A stretch of 64,000 nt of DNA from Eledone cirrhosa. Taxonomy: Eukaryota. A model generated the notes under the pieces. That model was not told the origin of the DNA. It worked only from the letters and a program-made list of their open reading frames with translations, and made no database searches. Position 1 is the stretch's first letter, and each line of letters opens with the position of its first letter. A program made the position numbers and the translations under genes. Where the stretch lies: NCBI GenBank assembly GCA_964016885.1, contig OZ024744.1, positions 113,460,001 to 113,524,000 of the forward strand, written 5' to 3'. Positions 1 to 11,970 of the stretch are shown piece by piece.

Positions 1-80
1 CCGCGACAACCACCACCCCCACCACCACCGCGACAACAGAAACAAAAGAAGAAAAAAATAAATTAACTCGTGATGTCGAA

Positions 81-1790
81 ATGAAATCAAGCAAAATGGA
101 CTCTTCCCCACCAAAGACGACTGACGTCACCACCACCACAACTGAAACTAAAATTAATGTTAACGATAGCAACAACAACAACAATGACATTATAAAACCC
201 CACCTCAGTTTCGCCAGAGTAGCAAAACAGTTCGAAGCATTTACGGTAACTCAGGAGGATTTAGAAAATGCCAAACAAATGGTAAAGAAAGATGGGTACA
301 GGGTCAGCCCCCCCCCCCACACACACCTAATAAAATGGAGCATCGGCACCTATGCACCGTGTCGTATAGAACAATAAATGTAAAATCGCGCCGAGTGGAA
401 CGGGCATCCGAGTCCCAAATCCAAAAAGCTTTGGGACATGTGTGGGCAAGAAAAACCCACATCAGACGTGGGCAAAAGTATGGAACCGTGGACGCGTTCT
501 TTGAAACACCAGAGGAGGCTAGAGAACACTCCATGGCCCCATTAAGAAGTGACGACTTCACACTCGTCCCAAGCTTTTGTGGCCAGAGACTCGTAAAGAT
601 CAGGGTGACCCACGTTCCACCGGCCATCGAAATTCCCTGTCTAATAGCGGCTGTCCTCGCCGGCATCGAAGCCAACACGAAAATAATAGCAATAGCAAAA
701 GAAAAGCAGGAGAACTGGTCCGGATCTGGGATGGAGCTCCTGATCCAAGCGGACCAAAAAAGCATTGAGGAGATCCCAGAGGTAATAGACCTCACTGACG
801 GCAGCCACCTCACGGTAATTGTCGAGGGCAGAAGACCTAGGTGTGTCGTTTGTGGTGAAGGAACCCGCCTAAGGGCTTTCTGCCCTCAGGCTAAAAGGTT
901 GAGGCCACCTCTCCTACCCACCCCAGTGACACAACCATCAACACCACCAGTAGCAGAGATTGCAGCAACAACTGTAGCAGCAACAACAGAAGCAACTATA
1001 ACAGCAACAACCCCAGCAACAATAGCAAACCAACACCACTACCACCACCAGCAAAACCAACACCACCACCACCCAACGCTTCAGAACTAGCACCAGCGCC
1101 TACACCATCCACCACGCCACAACCAAACAACCAAAACTAACGGCTGTGGAGGATTTTCCACTCCCCGGCCTATCACAACTGGAGACAGATTGTGACGACG
1201 AGGAGTGGGAAACGATATCCGGAAAAAAAAAAAGAAACCAAAAAAGAAAAAAATTCTCTTCCTTCCCCCTCCAAAAACAAAATACAGAGGGAAACAAATA
1301 AATTAAGAAACAAAAAAGTTAGGACAGATATGCCACCATCCACACCAGCATCACCAACCCCATCAACCCATCACCAACACCATCACCATCATTAACCCCA
1401 ACACCACCATCACCTACACCACAAAAGTCACCAAAATGCGAAACAGAAACAAACCCACAACAAACGCAAACAAAACAAAACAACCAAAACGATACACACT
1501 ACACAGCATTAAATTTGAACAACAAGCAATTATTACACTACATCCAACACAACACCAGCATCACAGAAAAAGACTACACAACAACCCCAAAATTCACACC
1601 ACCTCCACACATACAAATCACTCGCATCACACAGAAAACGTACACGACACTAAAACAAAAATTCCCCAAAGACATCGGAGACTTCCGACAAGCACTCTCC
1701 AGGAGGATTTATAAGGACATCCTTCCTGAGGAGGCCACAAGCAGTGAAAAGGATGGAAAAACCGTCCTTCCCCTACGAGAAGTAAGGTAA
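81..1790 (+). pseudogene. Tx1 ORF1 (gag-like), frameshifted at poly-C 307-318 and in the downstream low-complexity region
   Basis: ORF pieces 81-377, 335-1090 and 1515-1790; homologous to ORF 14171-15175 (CTVSYRT..KSRRVERA.E.QIQKALG). Confidence 0.7.
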
Positions 1791-1824
1791 GTGGTCTTTC
1801 CCATCTTTTCCACTCCTTTTCAAC

Positions 1825-4800
1825 ATGACCTCACTCAGAATAGGCAGCATAAATACGCGTGGCTTGGGGTCGTCATGGAAGCAGGGCCACCTGCTCAACG
1901 ACCTCAGGTCACTAAACATAGATGTAGTGGCCATCAGCGAGACCAGAATCTCCGAAGCACAGGCTTTCGCACCGATCTTCGGCGGCTACGATGTGTACGC
2001 ATCTCCAAGTCGTCCGGGATCGGGGGGAGGAGTTGCTGTGCTTTTTCGGAGAGGTTTGGATCTTTCCATACGGGCCATCTTCCTGGACCCAGAAGGTAAG
2101 TTGGTGGTGCTGGACGTGACCAGCGGAGACGGCCAAGCTTTCAGGTTAGTGGCCGTCTATGCCCCGACAGGAGCAGGGCGGCCTGATTTCTTCGGGCGTC
2201 TGGAGACCTTTCTTGGAACGTCCCGCTCTTTAGTGTTAGTGGGCGACTGGAACGGGATCTTAGATGCACGCTGGGATTGTGTGGGATTAGTGGATAGGGA
2301 AGGAGGGTGCAAGAGTCTCACCAACCTGCTCAGACGTTTTGAACTGTCTGCCAGGTACCGAATGGATTTCCCGAATGTACCAATGTGGACTTGGACAAAT
2401 CGCGTAGGGTCATCCAGATCATATCTAGATAGAGTATTTTGTAGGGAAATAGATAGGTCTAGCATAGGCTGTCCACAATTCAAGATAGTCAGCTACACGG
2501 ACCACAAATTCGTGACCTGTGTGCTTGACTTAGATAGGCTTCATAGACGAGGACCCGGCTACTGGAAGCTAAACGCGTCCTTACCAGCGCGCAAGGCCTA
2601 CAGAGACCCGATTAGCGAACTAGTTAAGCGGGCGTTGACGGGGGCCATCGTCAACAACAAGTGGTGGTTTGCTCTGAAAAGAGCAATTAGAATAGAGTCC
2701 ATTAGGTTTAGTAAGACTTTAGCAATAGAGAAAAATAGAGCAGAGGGAGAATTAGTTAGAAAATTAGATGAGGCGCTTAGCAAAGGCATCGCGACCGACG
2801 TACTTGCGGCGAAATTGGCCCTTGACCAATTCTTCAATGCAAAGCACGAAGGCTGCGTTGTCAGAGCAAGGGTGCGTGCTCTCAGACACGAGGGGACGAA
2901 AGCCGTTCAATGGGCCCGAGTGGCGGAGGCGCGTCGTGGCAACAAAGCCACGATCCGGTCTTTGGTGGACCACGACGGGCGCATGCTACTCGATCCCGGG
3001 CAAATGTGTGAAGCTTTTCAGCGACACTTCGCTCAACTGTTCGGGGGCAGTGGCGGGTCGGATCGAGGGATGGACTTTAGTGTCTACCTCGACGGACTGC
3101 CGCGGCTTTTGGCCACTGAGGCGGAGTGTTGCGAAAAGCCGATAACAACCGCTGAAGTACGGGATGCAATGACTAGTTGCACAAGGGGTAAATCGCCTGT
3201 TTTAGATGGTCTGCCCTATGAACTTTACGTACAAATGCCAAACTTGTTCGGAGGCCTCTTGGCGGACGTCTACTGCAACTGGCAACAGAACGGGAGAATT
3301 CCCAGCTCTGTGAGCCGAGGAACGGTGGCGCTGCTGAGAAAGGATCCTAACAAGGGGGATAACATAGATAATTTCCGGCTCATAACTCTGCTAAACACAG
3401 AGTTCAAGATTTTGGCCAAGGTGCTAGCAAAGAGGTTGGCGCTTGTCGTTGGTGGTCTGGTGGGAGAGGCACAGACATGCGCCATTCCCGACAGATCCAT
3501 TCACGACAACCTCCACCTCATTCGATACATCGTAGAGAGGGTAGCTAGGGAACCTGGCACGGGTGGGTCTTTGATCAATTTAGATCAGTCGAAAGCCTTC
3601 GATAGGGTCGACCATCGTTACCTAGCGGCAGTCCTGAGGGCGGCTGGCTTTGGGCCCGTCTTCAGAGGCTGGATCGCTGCCATGCACAGCGACATCTGCT
3701 CTGTAGTGAGAGTGAACGGTCACCTTTCGGAACCGTTCAACATCATGCGCTCGGTCCGCCAAGGATGTCCCCTCTCGTCCCTATTGTACGTATTGACTCT
3801 CGAGCCATTACTGCACAAACTGGAGACGTTGAGGGGGGTCCCGCGCGAACTAGGATGCGGAAGATCCGTGTCAGCATATGCCGACGATGTCACCGTAGTG
3901 GTGTCGAACGCCAAACACATCGAGGCGATCGGCACTACACTAAGAGAATACGAAGCGGTGACAGGAGCAATGATCAACCAGGAAAAGTCAGTGGGCCTGC
4001 AGCTCGGCACCTGGAGAGGCAGGTCCATGCCGTCCAACAGCGTCGTGGGGCGCTGGACGGACGGACCGGTTAAATTGCTAGGGGTCTGGTTCGGTCCAGA
4101 CCTCCAGACGGACAAAAACTGGGACAAGGTGACGAGCAGGGTGGCTTCTCTCACCCAGAAATGGGCCGAGAGGAAGCTATCCCTGAAAGGTCGAGCGGAG
4201 GTGGCTAACGCGTACATCGCGTCCGTCATCTACTACCGCCTGACCGTCGTACCTTGTCCTAAGCCCCGCCTGACTGCGCTGGAGCGTTTGCTCTTTCGCT
4301 TCTTGTGGAAGGGACGCGCTCCGATGGTCAGGCGGTCCATCTGCTGTCAACACCCGCTACGTGGAGGGCTGGGCATGCCGTGGCTGATGATGCGCAGACA
4401 CGCGCTCAGGCTACGACATCTCCACCTCTTCCTCGACGGTGATCAGGTGTGGTCGCCGTTTGCTAGACACGTTTTTCCCCAGCTCGTCTCCTTGACGGAG
4501 CTGCAGTCCTGGGTCAAGCGAAGACCGAGAGGGAGCGCTTGGAGACTGGAATGTCTTCAGGCGCTCACAGCCCTCGACCAATCGGGCAATGTGATCGGTG
4601 GAAACTCCACCTCGGCGTTCTATAGGGGATTAGTGGAGGGGAAGAGCGACGACGTACTTGGAGAAACTCTAGGCGTCGACGAAAATCAACTAGCCAATCT
4701 CTTCGGAAGGACTTTCGGGCCGGGGCCTATGGACAACTTCAAGAAATCCCTGGCCTGGCAGTGCTACCGGGGTGCTTTACCAGTTCGGGATAAACTTTAC

Positions 4801-5244
4801 AGGCATGGAGGTGCCGTCAGTCGGGCATGTCCGAGATGCGCACAGGGCGACGAAACCGTCCTGCACGCACTCGTCCAGTGTCCGAGCATTGCTGACTTGT
4901 GGGTTTATGTCGAACACCTGCTGTCACGTGTAGGACGGATCCAGCTATCAGCTGAGTCCATCGTGAGGATTGTCCCGCCCTCTTCCTTTAGCCGGGAAGG
5001 GCAGGCAGTTTTTATCTGTCTGGTGGCCATGGCGAAAGAGATAGTATGGTGGACACGTTTGAAAGGGCTGAAGACGAGCACTTACCTCTTCGGTGATGTC
5101 CTGATTAACTTTTTCAAATTTCATCTGAAAAGGAAAATCAGGGTAGAGAGGGAAGTGCTCTCTTCCCAGCATTTTGTTGAAAGATGGGTGAGAGAAGCAA
5201 GTATGGCCCGAATGAATGGGCCTTCTCTGAGTATGTGTCTGTAA
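1825..5244 (+). CDS. Tx1/L1 ORF2: APE endonuclease + reverse transcriptase + C-terminal Cys-rich domain, 1139 aa, uninterrupted
   Basis: SINTRGL, ISET, GDWN, SYLDR, YTDH (APE); LDQSKAFDRV, RQGCPLS, YADD (RT); CPRC..ETVLHALVQC. Confidence 0.95.
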   Translation: MTSLRIGSINTRGLGSSWKQGHLLNDLRSLNIDVVAISETRISEAQAFAPIFGGYDVYASPSRPGSGGGVAVLFRRGLDLSIRAIFLDPEGKLVVLDVTSGDGQAFRLVAVYAPTGAGRPDFFGRLETFLGTSRSLVLVGDWNGILDARWDCVGLVDREGGCKSLTNLLRRFELSARYRMDFPNVPMWTWTNRVGSSRSYLDRVFCREIDRSSIGCPQFKIVSYTDHKFVTCVLDLDRLHRRGPGYWKLNASLPARKAYRDPISELVKRALTGAIVNNKWWFALKRAIRIESIRFSKTLAIEKNRAEGELVRKLDEALSKGIATDVLAAKLALDQFFNAKHEGCVVRARVRALRHEGTKAVQWARVAEARRGNKATIRSLVDHDGRMLLDPGQMCEAFQRHFAQLFGGSGGSDRGMDFSVYLDGLPRLLATEAECCEKPITTAEVRDAMTSCTRGKSPVLDGLPYELYVQMPNLFGGLLADVYCNWQQNGRIPSSVSRGTVALLRKDPNKGDNIDNFRLITLLNTEFKILAKVLAKRLALVVGGLVGEAQTCAIPDRSIHDNLHLIRYIVERVAREPGTGGSLINLDQSKAFDRVDHRYLAAVLRAAGFGPVFRGWIAAMHSDICSVVRVNGHLSEPFNIMRSVRQGCPLSSLLYVLTLEPLLHKLETLRGVPRELGCGRSVSAYADDVTVVVSNAKHIEAIGTTLREYEAVTGAMINQEKSVGLQLGTWRGRSMPSNSVVGRWTDGPVKLLGVWFGPDLQTDKNWDKVTSRVASLTQKWAERKLSLKGRAEVANAYIASVIYYRLTVVPCPKPRLTALERLLFRFLWKGRAPMVRRSICCQHPLRGGLGMPWLMMRRHALRLRHLHLFLDGDQVWSPFARHVFPQLVSLTELQSWVKRRPRGSAWRLECLQALTALDQSGNVIGGNSTSAFYRGLVEGKSDDVLGETLGVDENQLANLFGRTFGPGPMDNFKKSLAWQCYRGALPVRDKLYRHGGAVSRACPRCAQGDETVLHALVQCPSIADLWVYVEHLLSRVGRIQLSAESIVRIVPPSSFSREGQAVFICLVAMAKEIVWWTRLKGLKTSTYLFGDVLINFFKFHLKRKIRVEREVLSSQHFVERWVREASMARMNGPSLSMCL

Positions 5245-5487
5245 ATTAAAGGTGGAAAACTGGGAGAGGGCACTTGCCCTGGTGGTCAGGGCCACTGTGG
5301 TCTTTTAATGGGCTTTCTCCACAAATGTCCCTCGGAAGTCTCCCCGCTATTGGGGAATTTTTCTTTGTTATTTTATTTCATCCTCTGTTTTTTTTACACG
5401 CAGAAATGCCCATTTGTACCGTCCTGTATTGTTCTGTACTGTCCTTAATGTCTACTTTATGTAAACCCTTGTGGTTAATAAAGAAAA

Positions 5488-5488
<1 letters not shown>

Positions 5489-5518
<30 letters not shown>
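5489..5518. repeat. (TTA)n tract shared by the Tx1 tail and the Dong-like 3' end
   Basis: Direct sequence. Confidence 0.9.
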
Positions 5519-6585
5519 TGCATTTATCTTGCTTTACGTTTATACGAGTTATCACCAAGTCACAACCAGTGACCTCAAGAGACAACAAGGTCCGCCATGT
5601 TCAAGAAAGAACATACATATTCACACATGCATCTTTAGGTGTTTAGACTTGTGATGTACTTATATTGACAGAATCTTCCTTAGTATATGGGCAGTTCCCA
5701 TTAGTACTATCTTTTGTATTTCTCCTATACGCGGGTTTCCTGGGATTTGCGATAAGTAGTCGTTAGACCCCTTAGGTATCATTCCCAGAGCGCCTACAAC
5801 CACTGGTATTGTTTTAGTTCTCAATTTCCACATTTTTCCAATTTCTATCTCCAGGTCCTTATACTTGCTCAATTTTTCAAATGTTTTTATAGATACATTC
5901 TTGTCTATTGGAACAGACATATCAATTAGCAGGCATACCCTCCTTTGAAAGTCCTTCAATATTATATCAGGTCTATTTGCATCTATTTTTCGGTCTGTTT
6001 GGATGCTAAAGTTCCACAAGATTGAGATGTGATCTTTTTCAAGTATGGGAGGTGGTTGATGCTCCCACCAATTCTTTTGATGGGGCAGGTCAAAATGCTT
6101 ACACATTATCCAATGTATGTATTGTGCAGCTCTGTCATGCCTGTTTAGGTATTCGGTTGGAGCTATAGGACTGCACATTGAAATTATATGGTCAATGGTC
6201 TCTGGTTGTTTTTTGCATACACGGCATAATGGGCTGCACCCATTTTTTATTATGTTGGCTTGGTAATTTTTTGTTGGCAGACACTGATCTTGTGCCGATA
6301 TAATCAGTCCTTCAGTCTCCGATTTCAGTCCAGAGGATGCCAACCACTGATGGGTTAAAGTTTTGTCAACATCAGGATTGTTAGCTCGCTCTGGGTATTT
6401 TCCATACAGAGGCTTTTCTTGCCATTTCTTAGCCAGTTTCTGTAGCAGTTCTTTCTTTGCAGTTACTTTCACCTGCTTTGCTTTTTCTGTGTTTTCTATT
6501 TCAGCAGTAAATGGGACTTCTGAAATTTGTAGTCCATTACTGTATCTTTGTGCATCTTTTGTAATGGAATATGATCTTTTGGTGC
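5519..6585 (-). mobile_element. R4/Dong-clade LINE, 3' part: CCHC finger + restriction-like endonuclease + 3'UTR
   Basis: ORF 5660-6472: AQDQ, CRVC..ETIDHIISMC, RHD, NRPDIIL, IDMSVP, EKLSKY, PVVVGALG. Confidence 0.88.
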
Positions 6586-6849
6586 TGTAGTGGCTGAGAT
6601 GGTCGCTTGGTAGCTAGCAGTTGCCTCCCCTTAACAACCCTTCAGGGAAGGGAGGCAAAAATACACCCGGACACAGCCACAGGTTCACACACTCTTTTTG
6701 GACCACGGACATGAACAGACGTGGAAAGACCCGCTCCTCAAAATATTGACGTTGTAGGAAATTTACTAAATTATTGCATTAAATAAAATGATTGTTAGAC
6801 TTGATTGTGCATTTATTTATTCGACAAAGAGAAACATCACTTTCCTTTA
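6586..6849 (+). repeat. 5' LTR (TG...TA)
   Basis: Direct repeat of 11707-11970. Confidence 0.95.
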
Positions 6850-6850
6850 T

Positions 6851-6864
6851 TGGCAACCCTGACG
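6851..6864 (+). promoter_or_regulatory. Putative primer-binding site (TGGCAACCCTGACG, resembles a degenerate tRNA-Trp PBS)
   Basis: TGG starts 1 nt after the LTR; 11/14 match to TGGTGACCCCGACG. Confidence 0.5.
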
Positions 6865-7383
6865 ATAAAGAATGAAAACGCAGCCTATTGGAGTCCGAAA
6901 TTCTTTTTAACGGCAATGTGGAATGGCTTAACATTTGGAATGTCCGAATCACTTAGCGTAAGTCCTTAAAATTCATTATATTCCATTTGTTATAGCACGC
7001 ATACAGACAAACACAAAAATACAACACACAACAAAAAAAAAAAAAAAAAAAAAAAAAAGGATTTCTCTGGAAATAGATTTTTGCTTCCAACATTCTGTGG
7101 AAATTACAAATGGAGATATTTCGTTTTCCCGCGTTCAGCCTGTCTTCTCCAATCCCAGCCATCTGATTGGCTGCATCGTGCCTCATGACGGCTTCATCAC
7201 GGACACATTTTAAATCAGCCATCTTGGATTATCTGACCATCAATTTTCATGGAAAATGATTTTTTTTTATTATTAAAATTTTCTTTGGAATATTTTTTTT
7301 TAAAGAAAAAAATTACCAGCAATCAGCAGCAACACCTGGCTAACTATTGACCAACACCAAAAAGTCATCAAATACGTGGCACC

Positions 7384-8169
7384 ATGAGTCAACATCATTT
7401 GCCGTCCTTCGCAGGCGACATCAAGTTGTGGTTTGCGCAGCTGGAATGTTTCTTCGAATTGACGAGGACAAAGGAACAGCATAGGCTGAAGGTCCTGATC
7501 AATGGCCTACCTGTTTCCTTGGCATTCTCGGTGAGGGACGTTGTGACGGATTTAGACGCCGACGTTACCTACGGCTCATTAAAAAAAGAAATCCTTCGCC
7601 GAAATACCAAGTCGGTAGAGAGCCGTTTTCGGGAGTTGTTGGAGGATGCTCAAATGGGTGACAGGAAGCCGAGCTCCTATTTGCGACATTTGCGGGAGTT
7701 GAGCGACTCTCAGGGGATTGACACCCCCTTCATAAAGCAACTTTTTTTCTCACGCCTACCACCAAGTGCGCAAAGAATATTGGTCAATAGTTTAGAGAAG
7801 GATTCATTAGAGCAACTTGCCGCGTCCGCGGATAGGATACTTGAGGTGGACTCGAACAGCAATCAGCATAATGCTTATGTGGCTTCAGCTTGCGTCCCTC
7901 CACGCAGTTCTTCTGTGGCCGACGGCAAACTGTTGGAGTTGATTGAAGCTCTCACCAAAAAGGTAGAGGATTTGACGGTACATCAGAGAGAGCCTTCTCA
8001 ACGTTTGAGGTATCGTTCGCCGCCGTCCTCTATTCATCGCCAGCACTACAACGCAGGCAACAATAATTCTTCGTTGTGTTGGTACCATGCTAACTTCGGC
8101 AGTAGGGCGCAACGTTGTCGCACGCCCTGTGATTATAAGAGATCGGGAAACGCAAAGCAGAGCCACTAG
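7384..8169 (+). CDS. gag: Gypsy Gag
   Basis: [35 protein letters not shown]. Confidence 0.9.
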   Translation: MSQHHLPSFAGDIKLWFAQLECFFELTRTKEQHRLKVLINGLPVSLAFSVRDVVTDLDADVTYGSLKKEILRRNTKSVESRFRELLEDAQMGDRKPSSYLRHLRELSDSQGIDTPFIKQLFFSRLPPSAQRILVNSLEKDSLEQLAASADRILEVDSNSNQHNAYVASACVPPRSSSVADGKLLELIEALTKKVEDLTVHQREPSQRLRYRSPPSSIHRQHYNAGNNNSSLCWYHANFGSRAQRCRTPCDYKRSGNAKQSH

Positions 8170-8190
8170 GAGCGGCTAGTGAACTCTGGG
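8145..8190 (+). promoter_or_regulatory. -1 ribosomal frameshift signal: G GGA AAC plus downstream hairpin (CACTAG/CTAGTG)
   Basis: Slippery heptamer in the gag frame; the -1 frame is open into protease (FLVDTGA) and pol. Confidence 0.8.
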
Positions 8191-11100
8191 AAAACCGACC
8201 GAACCGCCATCTTTTCGTATACGACCTGCGGTCAAAAAAATATTTCCTTGTCGATACTGGCGCGTCGCTGAGTATTTGGCCTGTCAGTTATCTCAAAAAA
8301 AGCCCAGCCGAAGCAGATATAAATCTACGAGCAGTCAACCACACGGCCATTCGAACGTATGGGCAAATTTCGCTTCCGCTTCGGTTAAAAAATTTGCGGC
8401 GTGATTTAAGGTGGAAGTTTACTGTCGCCGACTTGCCATACGCCATTTTGGGAGCGGACTTTCTCCACCATTTTTCCTTGTTGGTGGACATTCGCAGACA
8501 ACGCCTTGTTGATTCTGAAACAGGCCTTTCTTTCGAGGGTTCAGAGCCGGACGTCGCCACCGTCAGCCCTTCCTTTTTCTTGGCTGAAGTGGGCAACCAG
8601 TATCAAAGCCTGCTACATTCATTCCCTCAGTTGACGCAGGGAAAGTTAAGAATAACTAGCCCGGATCATGCGATTGAACACTTCATATCCACTACAGGTC
8701 CACCTGTTTTCTCACGTCCTCGAAGATTGTCTACAGAGAAGTTGAAAGCTGCACGCCTTGAATTCGACCACATGCTGGAATTGGGAATAATTCGGCGCTC
8801 CACAAGTCCTTGGGCATCGCCTCTGCATATGGTACCTAGATCTTCTGGGGATTGGAGACCGACGGGTGACTACCGACGCTTAAACGCGATTACTGTGCCT
8901 GACCGTTATCCAATCCCGCATTTGCAGGATTTTGCGTCGTCATTGCAGGGTTGCAGAATCTTTTCTAAGCTTGATTTGATCCGCGCTTATAACCAAATTC
9001 CGGTTAACGAGGAGGATATTCCAAAGACTGCTATTGCCACTCCTTTCGGATCGTTCGAGTTCCTCACTATGCCTTTCGGCCTTAGAAACGCTGCAAGTAC
9101 CTTCCAACGATTTATGGATGATATTACTCGGGGCCTGGATTTTGTGTACACGTATATCGACGACGTGTTGATTGCTAGTTCTTCCCCTCAGCAGCATTCA
9201 AAGCATCTGGATCTCGTATTTCGACGTTTACAGAGATATAATGTTCGAATTAATGCTTCCAAGTGTGTTTTCGGCTCGACTTCACTAACATTTTTAGGCC
9301 ATCTGATTGACGCCGACGGTATTCGACCTCTTCCTGAGAAGGTTAAGGCAGTATCGGATTTGCCTCCGCCAAGTTCACTGCGTCAATTGCGTCAATTCCT
9401 GGGCCTTGTAAATTTTTATAGGCGATTCGTACCTGGTTGTTCCAAATTGCTGTTCTCGTTGACAGAGATTTTTAAGGGTTGCCGGCGTAAGAATATGGAC
9501 ATTTCCTTAAATGAAACGCAGCTTGATGATTTTAAAAAAGTGAAAAAGGCGTTAGCGAACGCGTCTTTGCTCGTCCACCCAGTACCCAACGCCGAGCTAT
9601 CGCTCTGTGTTGATGCTTCGGATAGCGCCGTGGGCGCAGTCTTACAGCAGAAGGGTGATGGGGTACAGCAACCACTCGAGTTCTTTTCGAGGAAGTTAAA
9701 GCCTGCAGAAACTCGCTATAGCACCTTTGGAAGGGAGCTATTAGCAATTTATTTATCAGTGAAACATTTTGCTCATGTACTTGAAGGTAGAACATTCACC
9801 ATTTTCACTGATCATAAACCCTTGACGTTTGCTCTTCGAACTAAGGCAGACAAATACTCGCCCAGAGAAACGAGACATCTGGACTTCATCTCACAGTTCA
9901 CGAACGACATTCAACATATTCCGGGTTCTTTGAATACAGCGGCCGATGCGCTGTCTCGCCTGCCGATCGCATCGATTTCGTCTTCCGAGGAGATAGATTT
10001 ACATCGAATGGCAGCTGCCCAACCCACTCTCGAATCGTTGGATGTTACATCGCCAGAGTTTGTGCATTGCAAACTGAAATACATTCCGATCTCAACTGCT
10101 GACGGACAGATACTGTGTGATGTTTCGTTGGACTCACCACGACCTCTAGTCCCAGTGGAACATCGACGAACTGCGTTTCTCGCTTTACATGGCATTTCTC
10201 ACCCAGGAGTATCAGCCTCAGTAAAACTCATAACAGCCAGATTTTTCTGGCCTGGTATGAGACGTGACATTGCTGCTTGGTGTCGTTCCTGTGTCGCTTG
10301 CCAACAAGCGAAAGTTCATAGACATGTTAAGGCTCCTCTCGGAACCTTCACCTGCCCCGATGCAAGATTTCGTCACATTCATGTGGACATCGTCGGCCCG
10401 TGGCCGGTTAGTCGTGGTTTTTCGTATCTTTTGACGATTGTTGACCGTTTTTCGCGTTGGCCTGAAGCCGTCCCTATAACAGATATCACCGCCGAAACCA
10501 CAGCCCGTACCCTCGTATCTTCGTGGATCGCTCGTTTCGGTGTACCAACCACCATAACAACGGATCGTGGTCGTCAATTCGAGTCTAACCTCTTCCGAGA
10601 GCTAACTCAAATCCTGGGGGCTACTCGAATAAGAACCACGGCTTACCACCCAGCCTCAAACGGAATGGTGGAAAGATTCCACAGGCAGCTCAAAGCCTCC
10701 TTAAGGGCTTCCATGGACTCTTCACGTTGGAGCGAGTACCTACCCATTGTATTGTTGGGTATTCGGTCGACGGTAAAGGTGGACCTTGGGTTCTCCTCTG
10801 CCGAATTAGTTTATGGTACGCCTCTGGCGTTACCGGGGCAAATGCTGGCCCCTTTTGACCTGACTTCGCAGGACCCCGCTTCCTACGTGTCCCGGCTTCA
10901 CTCTTATTTCAAGGATCTACCACCGATGGGCACTAGGAAGCAGACTGTAAAAACTGCCGTCCCAAGGGATATTGCCTTGTGGACCCATGTGTTCGTTAGA
11001 GACGACGCCGTGAGACCCCCTCTTCAACGGCCGTACTCTGGACCCTATCGTGTGCTTGCTCGCACAGACAAACATTTCACACTGGACATTCGGGGTTCCA

Positions 11101-11300
11101 GGGAAACGGTTTCCGTTGATCGTCTCAAACGAGCAAACCTGGACAATGACACAATGACACTTGAAACTCAAATGCCCCCCTCTTATTCTTTGCCACACAG
11201 GCCTATTTCTTCCCCTCCCCTACCATCAACACACAGAACTACGACCCGTTCTGGGCGAAGGGTGCATTGGCCCCGTAAGCTATGCAGTAATATAAACTGA
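8151..11300 (+). CDS. pol: Gypsy Pol (protease, RT, RNase H, integrase), expressed by -1 frameshift
   Basis: DTGA; YIDD; DAS..RELLA..TDH; HHCC (H..SHPG..C..C); integrase D,D,E; GPY motif; no stops. Confidence 0.95.
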   Translation, partial: RKAEPLGAASELWENRPNRHLFVYDLRSKKYFLVDTGASLSIWPVSYLKKSPAEADINLRAVNHTAIRTYGQISLPLRLKNLRRDLRWKFTVADLPYAILGADFLHHFSLLVDIRRQRLVDSETGLSFEGSEPDVATVSPSFFLAEVGNQYQSLLHSFPQLTQGKLRITSPDHAIEHFISTTGPPVFSRPRRLSTEKLKAARLEFDHMLELGIIRRSTSPWASPLHMVPRSSGDWRPTGDYRRLNAITVPDRYPIPHLQDFASSLQGCRIFSKLDLIRAYNQIPVNEEDIPKTAIATPFGSFEFLTMPFGLRNAASTFQRFMDDITRGLDFVYTYIDDVLIASSSPQQHSKHLDLVFRRLQRYNVRINASKCVFGSTSLTFLGHLIDADGIRPLPEKVKAVSDLPPPSSLRQLRQFLGLVNFYRRFVPGCSKLLFSLTEIFKGCRRKNMDISLNETQLDDFKKVKKALANASLLVHPVPNAELSLCVDASDSAVGAVLQQKGDGVQQPLEFFSRKLKPAETRYSTFGRELLAIYLSVKHFAHVLEGRTFTIFTDHKPLTFALRTKADKYSPRETRHLDFISQFTNDIQHIPGSLNTAADALSRLPIASISSSEEIDLHRMAAAQPTLESLDVTSPEFVHCKLKYIPISTADGQILCDVSLDSPRPLVPVEHRRTAFLALHGISHPGVSASVKLITARFFWPGMRRDIAAWCRSCVACQQAKVHRHVKAPLGTFTCPDARFRHIHVDIVGPWPVSRGFSYLLTIVDRFSRWPEAVPITDITAETTARTLVSSWIARFGVPTTITTDRGRQFESNLFRELTQILGATRIRTTAYHPASNGMVERFHRQLKASLRASMDSSRWSEYLPIVLLGIRSTVKVDLGFSSAELVYGTPLALPGQMLAPFDLTSQDPASYVSRLHSYFKDLPPMGTRKQTVKTAVPRDIALWTHVFVRDDAVRPPLQRPYSGPYRVLARTDKHFTLDIRGSRETVSVDRLKRANLDNDTMTLETQMPPSYSLPHRPISSPPLPSTHRTTTRSGRRVHWPRKLCSNIN

Positions 11301-11706
11301 ATTATATATATTTTTTTTTTTGTTTTGTTTTGTTATTTTTTTCCTTCCAATTGTTTTTGTTGTACATTGCATTTTGTTACTTATGGATTCTTGACTGCCT
11401 ACGGCAGTGTCAATATATTATATTTTGCGTAACATTACGACTGTTGTCAATTCTGACACAGTCCCTTTTTTTTTGGTGCATTTTTATAACTATGCTACAT
11501 ATGGCATTTTCATTGCCTAGCAAAACATTTTTTTTCCTTGTTTATCGCATCTGGGGCCCCTTTATTGCGAAGAGTGTTATCTTTTCATGCATTTTGCATC
11601 TTTTACTGTACGTTTTTTTTTTTGTTGATACATTCTTCTACATTTTGTAAACTACCTTCGCTTCATTGTTAACGATTTTGCGACAAAAAATCTGCTCCGA
11701 GGTGAA

Positions 11707-11970
11707 TGTAGTGGCTGAGATGGTCGCTTGGTAGCTAGCAGTTGCCTCCCCTTAACAACCCTTCAGGGAAGGGAGGCAAAAATACACCCGGACACAGCCA
11801 CAGGTTCACACACTCTTTTTGGACCACGGACATGAACAGACGTGGAAAGACCCGCTCCTCAAAATATTGACGTTGTAGGAAATTTACTAAATTATTGCAT
11901 TAAATAAAATGATTGTTAGACTTGATTGTGCATTTATTTATTCGACAAAGAGAAACATCACTTTCCTTTA
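11707..11970 (+). repeat. 3' LTR (TG...TA)
   Basis: Direct repeat of 6586-6849. Confidence 0.95.

Larger units (their letters stand above)
1..5518 (+). mobile_element. Tx1/L1-clade non-LTR retrotransposon (5' end outside window), with ORF1, ORF2, 3'UTR, AATAAA at 5477 and (TTA)n tail
   Basis: ORF1 with zinc-knuckle-like CVVCGEGTRLRAFC; ORF2 with EN, RT and zf-RVT; polyA signal followed by (TTA)10. Confidence 0.9.
6586..11970 (+). mobile_element. Full-length Gypsy/Ty3 LTR retrotransposon with 4-bp TSD GTGC (6582-6585 / 11971-11974)
   Basis: Two 264-bp LTRs identical by eye; gag + pol in PR-RT-RH-IN order; flanking Dong ORF rejoins in frame (KHES|TKRSY). Confidence 0.96.

Noticed and set aside
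307-318. Programmed frameshift at poly-C in Tx1 ORF1 (also 15095-15112 and poly-G 55437-55452)
   Set aside because: Homopolymers occur at different positions in the two copies; slippage or sequencing error is more likely
11330-11650. env-like third ORF in the Gypsy element
   Set aside because: Short T-rich UTR translation with a TTG start and no envelope features
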